This document shows, piece by piece, positions 1 to 9,243 of a DNA stretch of 64,000 bases. The translations under genes and the position numbers were made by a program. The stretch covers positions 128,001 through 192,000 of the forward strand of contig CAVVNQ010000008.1 of assembly GCA_963749705.1 (NCBI GenBank), given 5' to 3'. The stretch is from an uncultured Chloroflexia bacterium. GTDB lineage: Bacteria > Chloroflexota > Limnocylindria > Limnocylindrales > CSP1-4. The notes under the pieces were generated by a model. That model was not told the DNA's origin and did no database searches. It saw only the letters and a list, made by a program, of their open reading frames with translations. Within the stretch, counting starts at the first letter, position 1; every line of letters begins with the position of its first letter.

Positions 1-1
1 G

Positions 2-235
2 CTCCACGTTGCGCGCGCGAAGGGTCCCGGTCAGGGCGTCGATCTGCCGGAACGCGACCATCCCGAACCCGATCCCGATGACCAGGACGGCGAGGGTGAC
101 CGCGAGCGTGTCGAGCGGGAACTTGAGCGTCTCGTCGAGCACCGTGTCGCTGAGCAGCTCGAGCACGGCAACGACCAGCGCGGGCAGCAGGACGGCGAGC
201 CAGCGAAGGCGGATGGATCGAGCCGGACGGGCCAC
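2..235 (-). CDS. 5' part of a membrane protein with two TM helices, possibly a sensor kinase N-terminus (runs off the window edge)
   Basis: Manual translation from GTG 235: MARPARSIRLRWLAVLLPALVVAVLELLSDTVLDETLKFPLDTLAVTLAVLVIGIGFGMVAFRQIDALTGTLRARNVE. Two hydrophobic helices then a coiled-coil-like start. Not in the ORF track. Confidence 0.55.
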   Translation of the reverse strand, partial: MARPARSIRLRWLAVLLPALVVAVLELLSDTVLDETLKFPLDTLAVTLAVLVIGIGFGMVAFRQIDALTGTLRARNVE

Positions 236-303
236 GCGATGGGCTCCATCGAGGCCGGCCGGGGCAGCCGGGTCCGCACGAGCATAGCCCGCGACGGATG
301 GGA

Positions 304-1071
304 CTACCCGGGCTGGCACCCGGGGCACCAGAACGTGAGGCGCGGGAGCTGCAATCCCTGGTGCTCGACACGGATCAGCGTCCCGCATCGCGGGCATGGC
401 CGGCCGGCGCGGCGGTAGACGTCCCGCGGCCGGCGCCCGGTCGCCGCACCGTCGCGGAGGATCTCCCGGGCGCGTCCGACGAGGCGGCCGAGCGTGTCGT
501 CGTCGGTGTCGCGAACCGTCCGCCACGGCGACACCTTCGCCTCCCACAGCACCTGGCACTTGACCTCGTTGCCGATGCCCGCCAGCGCATGCTGGTCGAG
601 CAGGGCCTCCGCGATCGATCGATCCGACCGCGCCGGATCGCGCAACCGCCGGAGCGCCTCGCCGGCATCGAACGGTTCCCGCAGCAGGTCGGGGCCAAGG
701 CGGGACAGACCCGGGTTGAGTCCCTCGGTCCGCTGCTCGAACAGCTCCACCGTCGGGGCGTCGAAGCACACCGCGACCGATCCCGGAACCTCGATCACCA
801 GGCGTGCCCGGGCGGCCGGACGCCGCCAGCGCTCACCCGGGCGGTACCGGTGCCACGAGCCGTGCATCCGGAGATGGGTCCGGACCTCGAGCCCGTTGTC
901 GAACCGGATCAGCAGGTTCTTGCCGGCGGCTTCGACCCCGGTGACGGTGGCGCCGACCAGCCGTCCGGCCTGCGGTCCCGGCTGGCGCGCGGTCGCGGCG
1001 GTCACGGTGCGCCCGAGCAGGTACGGCCGAAGCCCGTCGGCGGTGCGGACGAGCGTGTCACCCTCGGGCAT
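304..1071 (-). CDS. nei: Fpg/Nei family DNA glycosylase/AP lyase
   Basis: N-terminal MPEG, GKNLL, HLRMHGSW, H2TH motif LLDQHALAGIGN, C-terminal zinc finger CPRC...CPGC. Lies directly downstream of lhr. Confidence 0.93.
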   Translation of the reverse strand: MPEGDTLVRTADGLRPYLLGRTVTAATARQPGPQAGRLVGATVTGVEAAGKNLLIRFDNGLEVRTHLRMHGSWHRYRPGERWRRPAARARLVIEVPGSVAVCFDAPTVELFEQRTEGLNPGLSRLGPDLLREPFDAGEALRRLRDPARSDRSIAEALLDQHALAGIGNEVKCQVLWEAKVSPWRTVRDTDDDTLGRLVGRAREILRDGAATGRRPRDVYRRAGRPCPRCGTLIRVEHQGLQLPRLTFWCPGCQPG

Positions 1072-1087
1072 CTGCTCGGGCTCCCGG

Positions 1088-4000
1088 CTACGCCTGCGCG
1101 ACGGCCCGGCGCGGACGGAGCGCGTAGCCCCGATAGCCGGGCACGAAGCCCGCGCCCAGCAGGGCGGCGCCGAACCGGGATGCTGCCACCGGCTCGCCGT
1201 CGACCCTGGCGATGAGCAGCTCGCGCACCCGGCCGTCAGCGACCAGGTCGCCCAGGGCCCGGAGCGCCGCCGCCAGGACGGCCGGATCCTCGGCGGCGGG
1301 CAGGGCCTGGATCGATGTCCCGCCGCGGTCGAGGTAGAGCACTGCGGCCCCGTCGACGAGCGCGACGTACGCGCCCGCGGCGCGCTGGAGCGGTCGCCGG
1401 TCATGGTCGCCACGCCGCGGCCACGGCAGCGCCGCGCCGTACGGGTTCGCCGGATCCGCCGCCGCGAGCAGGTGGACGACCCAGCCGTGCTCGCCCTCGA
1501 GCTCACCGGGCTGGTCGCGCAGCGCGCGCAGCCGGTCCACGGCACCCGGCAGCGCGAACTGCGCCGCACCAAGGCCGTCCACGAAGTAGCCGCGCCGGAT
1601 CCGGCCGGCCTCCTCCATCGCCCGCAGGACCGGGTAGACGGCGCTGAACCCGCCGTCCACCGCCTCGCCCGCGACCGCCTCGCGGGTCAGGACGCCGTGG
1701 CGCTCGAGGAGCACCAGCGCCTGGGCATGGATCCGCTCGGTGCGCGACGGGGTGACGGGTGCGGTGGCTCCATCGCCCGCGCCTTCCTCGCCGTCCGCAG
1801 CCTCGGCCATCGGAGACACGAGCGACCAGCGACCGGCGGCCTCGGGCGGTCCCAGGGCGGTGAGCCGGCCGGCGCGCGGCCGGTGGTCCTTCGCGGGACG
1901 CTTCCAGCGCAGCGCGCGGAGCGGCGCGAACGTGTCGTTGGTGACCTCGCCGGCCCAGACGAGATCCCACAGGGCATCGAGCACCTCGCGATCCGGCCGA
2001 CCGCCGGCCGCAGCGAACAGCTCCCGGTAGAAGCTCGCGCCGCGGCGGCGCAGGTGGGCCCGGATCCGCTCGTGGAGGTCCGTGGCCGGGCGTTCGATGC
2101 CGTCCGGTGCGTCGTCCGGTCGCAGGACCTCGCGACCCGGCCGGTACAGCACCACCCGCCCGTCGTCCCGGCCAAGGCTCCCCCGCCCCACCCAGGCGAC
2201 CTCGCCCATGGCGCCCAGCTCGTCGAGCAGCCGCGGCTGGTAGCCGGGGATCCTCGCCGGGAGGACGTCGCGCTCGAGGACGGATGCCGGGATGGGCAGG
2301 CCGGCCAGCTGGTCGACGACGGCGGCGAGGCGTTCCAGCGCCGCCGGGCCTCGGAACGATGGCTGGGCACTCCCCGCCGACGACGGCGAGGGGGCGACGC
2401 CGTGCCACGCGGGCAGGAACCGGGCGAGCGTCACCGGATCGACCGGCTCCACCTCGCGCCGCAGCTTCGCCAGCGAGCGACGGCGGAGCAGGCGGAGGAC
2501 CTCTGCGTCGCAGTACTCGCGCTCGGCACCGCCCGGCCGGAACTCGCCGCTGAGCAGGGATCCGGCCGCGACCAGGCGGTGCAGCGCATCCTCGACGGCC
2601 GCGGCCGGCAGCCCCCAGCGGCGGGCCGGGTCCTGGCCCAGGAACGGGCCGTGGGTTCTCGCGTAGCGGGCGAGCAGGCCGTCCAGCGCCGCGGTCAACG
2701 GCCCGAGGAACGCCTGCGGGACCCCCGGTGGCGCCGACACGCCCACGCCGTCGCGATAGCGCGCGACGTCGTCCATCGCGATCCAGCGCTCCTCGCCGCC
2801 GATCCTGGCCCGAACCGCGCGCCGCGACGCCGCCAGCTCGGCCAGGTGGAGCGAGGCCTCGACCCGCCCGCCCGCGGTCCGCGCGCCGACCTCGTCGAGC
2901 GACAGGTCGCCCAGCCGCCGGAGCAGGTCGTGGACATGATCCGGGCTGTCGGCGAGCCGCTCTGCGACCAGCGCCTGGAGGCTCAGCTCGAGGTCCGCGA
3001 GCGCGTCGGTGTCGAGCAGCTCGCGCAGCTCCTCCTGGCCCAGCAGCTCGCGCAGCAGGTCGCGGTCGAGGGTCAGCGCCTGCGCCCGCCGCTCGGCGAT
3101 CGGGGCGTCGCCGTCGTACATGTAGGCGGCCACGTAGTCGAACAGGAGCGAGCTCGCGAACGCCGAGGCGCGGACGGTCTCGACCGAATGGACTGCCAGG
3201 TCGCGCCGCCGCACGCCGTCCAGGATCTCCCGGAGGGCGGGCAGGTCGAACACGTCGGCCAGGCACTCTCGGTACGTCTCGACCAGGATCGGGAAGCTGC
3301 CATATCGGCTGGCCACGGCGAGCAGGTCCGCCGAACGCTGGCGCTGCTGCCACAGCGGGGTCCTCGTACCCGGCCGGCGACGGGGCAGCAGCAGCGCCCG
3401 GCCGGCGTTCTCGCGGAACCGGCTGGCGAACAGGCTCGACTGCCCCACCCGCCCGACGACCAGGTCCTCGACCTCCTCGGGATCCGGGAACAGCAGCGCC
3501 TCGACGCCGTCGAGCGTGGCGTCGCCCTCGGGCAGCCGGATGGCGATCCCGTCGTCGGACCAGATCGTCTGGACCTCGAGCCCCAGCCGCTCCTGGATCC
3601 TGGCCTCGATCGCCATCGTCCACGGGGCGTGGACGCGACCACCGAACGGGCACAGGATCACGAGCCGCCAGTCGCCCAGCTCGTCGCGGAAGCGCTCGAT
3701 GACGATCCGCCGGTCCGTGGGCAAGGCGCCGGTCGCCGTTCGCTCGTCCTCGATGTAGGCGACCAGGTTCTCGGCCGCAAGCTCGTCCAGGTCGTGGTCG
3801 CGGCGCAGCCGATCCGTCGCCCTCGCCCGGCCCCGTGCCCCCTTCGCCAGGTCGCCCTCGACCTCGCGCACGAAGGCGCCGATCTGGCGGCCCAGCTCGA
3901 CCGGCCGGCCCACGCTGTCGCCCTTCCAGAACGGCAGCTTGCCGGGAATGCCCGGGGCCGGCGTCACGGTGACCCGGTTGGCCGAGATCTCCGCCACCCG

Positions 4001-5745
4001 CCAGCTGCTGGCGCCGAGGACGATGACATCGCCGTGCATCCCGGCGCGCAGCTCGTAGACCATCTCCTCGTCGAGCTCGCCGACCCGCCGCCCGGTCGTG
4101 CCCGGCTCCCCCTCGAGGAACACCGGGTACAGCCCGCGGTCCGGGATGGTGCCGCCGCTGGTCACGGCCACGACGCGCGCGTCGCGCCGCCCCTCGACCA
4201 CGTCCGTCAGGCGGTCCCACACGATCCGCGGCTTGAGCTCCGCGAACTCGTCGCTCGGGTAGGCGCCGGCGAGCATGCCCAGCACGCCCTCGAGCGCCTC
4301 GCCGGGCGAGGGTCTCGAACGGTGCCGCGCGGCGCACGGTCTCGAGCAGCTCGTCCACGGTGAACCGCTCCGCGACGGTCATCGCGACGATCTGCTGGGC
4401 GAGCACATCCAGCGGGTTGCGCGGCATGCGTTGTCGTCTCGATCGCGCCGTCGTGCATGCCCTTGACGACCACGGCCGTCTCGAGCAGGTCGCCGCGGTA
4501 CTTGGGGAAGATCACGCCCTTGCTGGGCTCGCCGACGTGGTGGCCCGCGCGCCCGATCCGCTGGAGGCCGCGGGCGACCGAGGTTGGGCTCTCGACCTGG
4601 ATCACGAGGTCGACGGCGCCCATGTCGATGCCCAGCTCGAGGCTGCTGGTCGCGATCAGCGCCGGCAGGCGGCCCGCCTTGAGCTCCTCCTCGATCTCGA
4701 GGCGCTGCTCGCGGGCGATGCTGCCGTGGTGGGCCCGGACGAGGTCTTCGCCGGCGAGGTCGTTGAGCCGCTGGGCGAGCCGCTCCGCAAGCCGCCGGCT
4801 GTTGACGAACACGATCGTGCTGCGATGCTGCCGGATCAGGTCCAGGATCCGGGGGTGGATCGCGGGCCAGATGCTCGTGCGCGCCTCGCCGCCCAGCACC
4901 GGGCCGCCCGGCTGGTCCTCCGGAGGGAGCGCCTCGCCGATGCGCGCCATGTCCTCCACCGGGACGACGACCTGGAGCTCGAGCGGCTTGCGCGCGCCGG
5001 CGTCGACGATGGTGACCTCACGACCCTCGCCGATGCCGCCGAGGAACCGGCCGATGGTCTCGAGCGGGCGCTGGGTGGCGCTGAGGCCGATCCGCTGGAG
5101 GGGCGGCGCACCGGCGGCCGAGCCGGCGCTCTGGCCGGCCGGCTGTCGCAGCCGTTCGAGGCGCTCCAGGCTGAGCGCGAGATGGGCGCCGCGCTTCGTG
5201 CCGGCGATCGCGTGAACCTCGTCCACGATCACGTGCTCGACGCCACGGAGGATCTCGCGCGCCTGGCTGGTGAGCAGGAGGTACAGGCTCTCGGGCGTGG
5301 TCACGAGGATGTCCGGGGGATGCCTGACCAGGTCGCGGCGGGCGTCCGCGGGGGTGTCGCCGGTCCGCGCCGCCACCGTGATGCGCGGAGGCTCATCGCC
5401 CAGCCGCTGCGCCTCGAGCGCGATCCCGGCCAGAGGGGCCCGCAGGTTGCGCTCCACGTCGTAGGTCAGCGCCTTCAACGGGGAGACGTACAGCACGCGG
5501 ACCGTGCCCGGCTGCTCCCGGGTCGGGGCCGGGCGTGGCTGCTCGACCAGCCGGTCCAGGCACCACAGGAACGCTGCCAGCGTCTTGCCGCTGCCGGTCG
5601 GTGCGTGGATCAGCGTGTTGTGGCCTCGGGCGATGGCCGCCCAACCCTCGGACTGCGCCTGGGTGGGCGCCTCGAACGTCGCTTCGAACCAGGCCCGCAC
5701 GGCGGGCCCGAAGGGCGCGAGCGGATCGGCGACGAGCGCGGCCAC
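1088..5745 (-). CDS. lhr: Lhr family ATP-dependent SF2 helicase, full length, with two apparent +1 frameshifts (~4431 and ~4303)
   Basis: APTGSGKT, DEVH, SAT, HHGS, LELGIDMG, QRIGRAGH. Continues as MPRNPLDVLAQQ in a second frame and GAYPSDEFAELKPRIVWDR in a third. C-terminal ADPANPYGAALPWP. Confidence 0.92.
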
Positions 5746-5754
5746 GGAACCGCG

Positions 5755-5792
5755 AGTATAGGCTCGGCGAGCCATTTCGTACAGATGTTCGG
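5755..5792 (-). promoter_or_regulatory. lhr-nei promoter: -10 TATACT and an overlapping LexA-like SOS box (CGAAC-ATCT-GTACG)
   Basis: TATACT at 5755-5760 (minus strand). GAAC-N4-GTAC at 5779-5790 covers the expected -35 position and is one mismatch from the GAAC-N4-GTTC LexA consensus. Confidence 0.7.
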
Positions 5793-5924
5793 TTGCGCCG
5801 TCGGTTGCGCCGCTCTCCGGCGGACGACGATCGCTCACGTCGCTCGGCGTGTGACCGGAATCGACCAAATCGCTCCATCTGAGCGGCTCGTCGGCCGGAC
5901 GCGGGCCCTGCGCCCCCCGTCCGA

Positions 5925-6072
5925 TCCCTTCTCGTGTCTCCCGGGCACAGCGGGGACGGGATGGTGCGAGATCGGCCGCATAAGTCGCGGATATGGAGTG
6001 ATTTGGATGATCTCAGGGACAACCCGGGAATCGACGTCCCGAGGACGGCACCGGGAGACCGACACGCGGGGA
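5925..6072 (+). other. Nested inverted-repeat (long hairpin) element upstream of the HTH-nuclease gene
   Basis: Complementary pairs: GTCTCCCGG 5936-5944/CCGGGAGAC 6051-6059; GGGACG 5953-5958/CGTCCC 6035-6040; GAGATC 5968-5973/GATCTC 6009-6014; CCGC 5976-5979/GCGG 5987-5990. Confidence 0.6.
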
Positions 6073-6098
6073 CCAACCGCGCCGGCGGGGAGGATTTC

Positions 6099-6855
6099 GT
6101 GGCCGATACTGCTCTGCAACGCCTGGCTCGCGTGCGGTCGAGGGAACTGCGCCGCGGTGTCGGTAGCCAGCTCATGGATCTCCGGGAGGCGCGCGAACTC
6201 TCGCAGCTCGAGGTTGCCACCGCGGCAGGGATCGACCGCTCGTGGCTCGCACGGGCCGAGGCCGGCGATGCGAACCTCACGCTCGGCGCGCTCGCAGCCG
6301 CGGCGACGGCACTCGGAGCCGAGGCATCGGTCCGCCTGTATCCGTCGACGGGTCCCCGGCTGCGCGACCACATCCAGGTTCGCCTGATCGAGACGCTGCT
6401 CCAGCGCCTCCACCCGAGGTGGCAGGCGCGCCTCGAGGTCCCCGTGTACCGCCCCGTTCGGGGAGTCATCGACCTCGTGCTCATCGAGGCGGCGACGCGC
6501 GAGGTCGTCGGTGGCGAGGCGCACAGCGAGATCCGCCGGGTGGAACGCCAGCTCCGCTGGGCAGCGGAGAAGGTGGATGCCCTACCCTCTGCGAACGGCT
6601 GGCCGTGGATGACAGGCGAGCCACGAATTCGGGCGACTGCTCCTGCTCCGATCGACCAGGGCGACGCGCGAGGCCGCAGCCTCTTCCCCTGGCCTCGTCC
6701 GGGCAGCCTATCCGGGCCTGACGGCGAACGCAGTGGCCGCCTTGACGGAGCCCAGCGGCGGGTTCCCCGATGCGGCGATCGTGTGGGTCGACCTCCGAGG
6801 ATCGGCGAGTCGCTTGCTCGACGGCGCACCCCGCGGCGTCAGCGTCGGCGGGTGA
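6099..6855 (+). CDS. XRE-family HTH fused to a restriction-endonuclease-like (PD-(D/E)XK/DUF559-like) domain; apparent frameshift ~6630
   Basis: SD GGGGAGGA then GTG 6099. HTH: LREARELSQLEVATAAGIDRSWLARAEAG. Nuclease-like: LEVPV...GVIDLV...GEAHSE. After the shift it reads RLLLLRSTRATR...AYPG...AIVWVD to TGA 6855. Confidence 0.7.
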
Positions 6856-6877
6856 TCGATCGTAGCCCCTGATCCGG

Positions 6878-9169
6878 TCAGCCGAGCCGCGCCCTGACCA
6901 CCGCGTCGAGTGCTCGCATCGCGCGATCGGCGGTGCGGAACACGGGGATGCCCGCCGCCTCGAGCGCCGTGACGAACGGGTCGTACAGGGGCCCACCGTC
7001 GACGATTGCGACCCATGCCTTCTGCGTCCGGCGCCACAGGCCCACGAGCCGCGCGGCCACGGCATCGGGGGCCGCGACATCCTCGTCGTGACCCGCGCCG
7101 GACTCGAGCGTCGCGAGCTCCGCGGTGAGCGGCACGATCCCGATCACGCCGACATCCACGGCGTCCGACGTCAGGACCGCCTCGGCGAGGTCGACGAACG
7201 CGGCGTCGCCGGCCATCGGGGTCACGTCGAGCGGGTTGTGGACATCGACGACGGCGCCCGCCCCCACGTTCGCCAGCAGCCCGCCCAGCGTGGCGACCGT
7301 CGCGACGTCGAACGCGACGAGCTCCAGCGAGCCGATGTTGTCGCCGATCGCGACGCATTCGAAGCCCGCGTTGGACATCGCGCCCAGCCGGCGCCCGCCG
7401 ATCACCCGTCCCTGGAGCAGCGTCGCCGCGCGCACGAGGTCGTCGAACTCGTCGAGCGTCTCGGCCACGAGCACGCCCGCCTCCCGCGCGAGCGCCCGGA
7501 CGGACACGACATCGCCGGCGATCGATGCCGTGTGGCTGGCCGATGCCGCGGCGCCGGCACTCGTCCGCCCGGCGCGGTACAGGACCACCACCCCGCCACG
7601 CTCGGTGATCCGGCGCGCGGCCGCCAGGAACGCCGCCGCATCGAGCGGCCGGAACCCCTCGACGTAGACGCCGTAGACCGAGATCGACGCGTCGTCCGCC
7701 AGGTAGGTCAGGTGGTCGCCGATCGTGAGGTCCATCTGGTTCCCGACAGTGACCAGGTACCGCGGATGCAGGTCCGCGAGCCGCGACAGCCGGGTGATGG
7801 CGAACGCGCCGCTCTGGGCGACGATGGCGAGCGGTGCAACGACCTCGCCCGCCGCGGCCAGCTTCGCCGCCGGGATGAACATCGTGTCGATCCGGCCGGG
7901 CATGGACCGGAACCCGAGGCAGTTGCCGCCGTTGAGCAGCGGCCCGCCGTCGGGTCGGGTTCGGGACGCCACGATCGCCGTCCGCATCCGGGCCACGATC
8001 TCCTGCGTCCCCTGCTTCTCCTCGAAGCCGCCGGGGATGACCAGGATCGAGTCGGCGGCGTCGCGCTCCACGACGTCCGCGACCACGCCGGCAGCCTGCG
8101 CCGCCGAGACCGCGACCACGAACAGGTCGACCCTGCGCGGCAGCGCCGCGACATCCGGGACACATCGGCAGCCCTCGATCTCGTCGGCACCGGGCTTGAC
8201 GATCGTGACCGCCGAGGGGTCGAAGCCGTCGCGAAGCAGGTTGCGCAGGATCACGTGGCCGGCGTTCATCCCCGACGACACGCCGATGATCGCGGCCGAC
8301 CGCGGCTCGAGCATTCGCGGAAGCTTGGCGACGGGCCGCGGCGGTGCGGCGCCCTCCACGGCCGCCTGTCCGGCGGCATCGAGACCGGTGCCCGGCACGG
8401 CAAGGACGTCGAGCGCGACCAGGCCGCCGTCCACGGCCACGATCGGGTTGACCTCGAGCTCGAGCAGGTCGGCCGGGATGCAGGCATCGGCGACCGCGAG
8501 GAACCGTTCCACGACATCGACCAGGGATGCCATCGGCAGGCGCGGCGGCTGCCCTCGCTGCGACTCGGTGGCGAGGCGGACGGCGGTCGAGGCCCGCAGG
8601 ACGGCGGGGATGGACGCGCGCGGCGTCAGCGATGGCGACAGGATCGCGATCTCGCGGCCGGGCCGCAGATCACGGGCCAGCGCCTCCGCGTCGGTCCCGC
8701 CGGCGCCGACGCTCACGACCGGGCCCAGGTCCGGCGTCCAGCGCGCCGAGATCAGCAGCGAGCCGCCCAGGCCCGGCTCGTGATCGACGACCTCGGCGAC
8801 GAGGAACCCGGCGAGGTCCGGTCGGCCGAGGGTCGAGCGCATCCGGGCGATCGCAGCCGCGATGTCGGGCCCGTCACGGGCCACGAACGCGACACCGCCG
8901 ACCTCGGTCTTGTGCACGATCGATGGCGCCACCACGCGTACGACGACCCGGTCGCCGGCGAGGCCGTCGGCGGCGCGCGTGATCTCGCCAGTCTCGCCGG
9001 CGACGCCGACCGGGAGATACACGCCCCGCGGTATCGCAATCCCCATCGCCTCGAGCACCGCCCGCGCATCCGGTTCGAGCAGCATCGCCGTCCCCGCGGT
9101 CCGGGCACGCGCAACGATCGCGCGGATCCGCGCGGGATCGATGGCTGGCTGCGGATCGGCGGGCATCAC
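6878..9169 (-). CDS. ADP-forming acyl-CoA synthetase (acetate-CoA ligase family), ATP-grasp domain first
   Basis: N-terminal HKTEVGGV and ELEVNP. Then the CoA-binding domain (EPRSAAIIGVS, GGNCLG), QSGA, phospho-His motif ASHTASIAG, and HNPLDVT. Confidence 0.88.
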   Translation of the reverse strand: MMPADPQPAIDPARIRAIVARARTAGTAMLLEPDARAVLEAMGIAIPRGVYLPVGVAGETGEITRAADGLAGDRVVVRVVAPSIVHKTEVGGVAFVARDGPDIAAAIARMRSTLGRPDLAGFLVAEVVDHEPGLGGSLLISARWTPDLGPVVSVGAGGTDAEALARDLRPGREIAILSPSLTPRASIPAVLRASTAVRLATESQRGQPPRLPMASLVDVVERFLAVADACIPADLLELEVNPIVAVDGGLVALDVLAVPGTGLDAAGQAAVEGAAPPRPVAKLPRMLEPRSAAIIGVSSGMNAGHVILRNLLRDGFDPSAVTIVKPGADEIEGCRCVPDVAALPRRVDLFVVAVSAAQAAGVVADVVERDAADSILVIPGGFEEKQGTQEIVARMRTAIVASRTRPDGGPLLNGGNCLGFRSMPGRIDTMFIPAAKLAAAGEVVAPLAIVAQSGAFAITRLSRLADLHPRYLVTVGNQMDLTIGDHLTYLADDASISVYGVYVEGFRPLDAAAFLAAARRITERGGVVVLYRAGRTSAGAAASASHTASIAGDVVSVRALAREAGVLVAETLDEFDDLVRAATLLQGRVIGGRRLGAMSNAGFECVAIGDNIGSLELVAFDVATVATLGGLLANVGAGAVVDVHNPLDVTPMAGDAAFVDLAEAVLTSDAVDVGVIGIVPLTAELATLESGAGHDEDVAAPDAVAARLVGLWRRTQKAWVAIVDGGPLYDPFVTALEAAGIPVFRTADRAMRALDAVVRARLG

Positions 9170-9243
9170 CGGACAGCGTACGGCGGTGTGGCTGCGTCGG
9201 TTGGCCGGGTCCGGCCGGCGTGCCCCGGTCCGGCGGTGGCGGC

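Noticed and set aside
494-4363. Very long antisense or alternative-frame ORFs (e.g. 494..4363, 7088..9901, 12812..15391, 21961..24510, 60627..63470)
   Set aside because: Shadow ORFs expected at this GC content. They lie opposite well-supported genes and show no motifs. Only the 3' end of 46848..50897 (GGDEF) is real.
4290-4440. Programmed frameshifting or a split gene in lhr (likewise araA and araB)
   Set aside because: No slippery site or stimulatory structure; removing one base at each site restores the conserved sequence; similar indels occur across the window.
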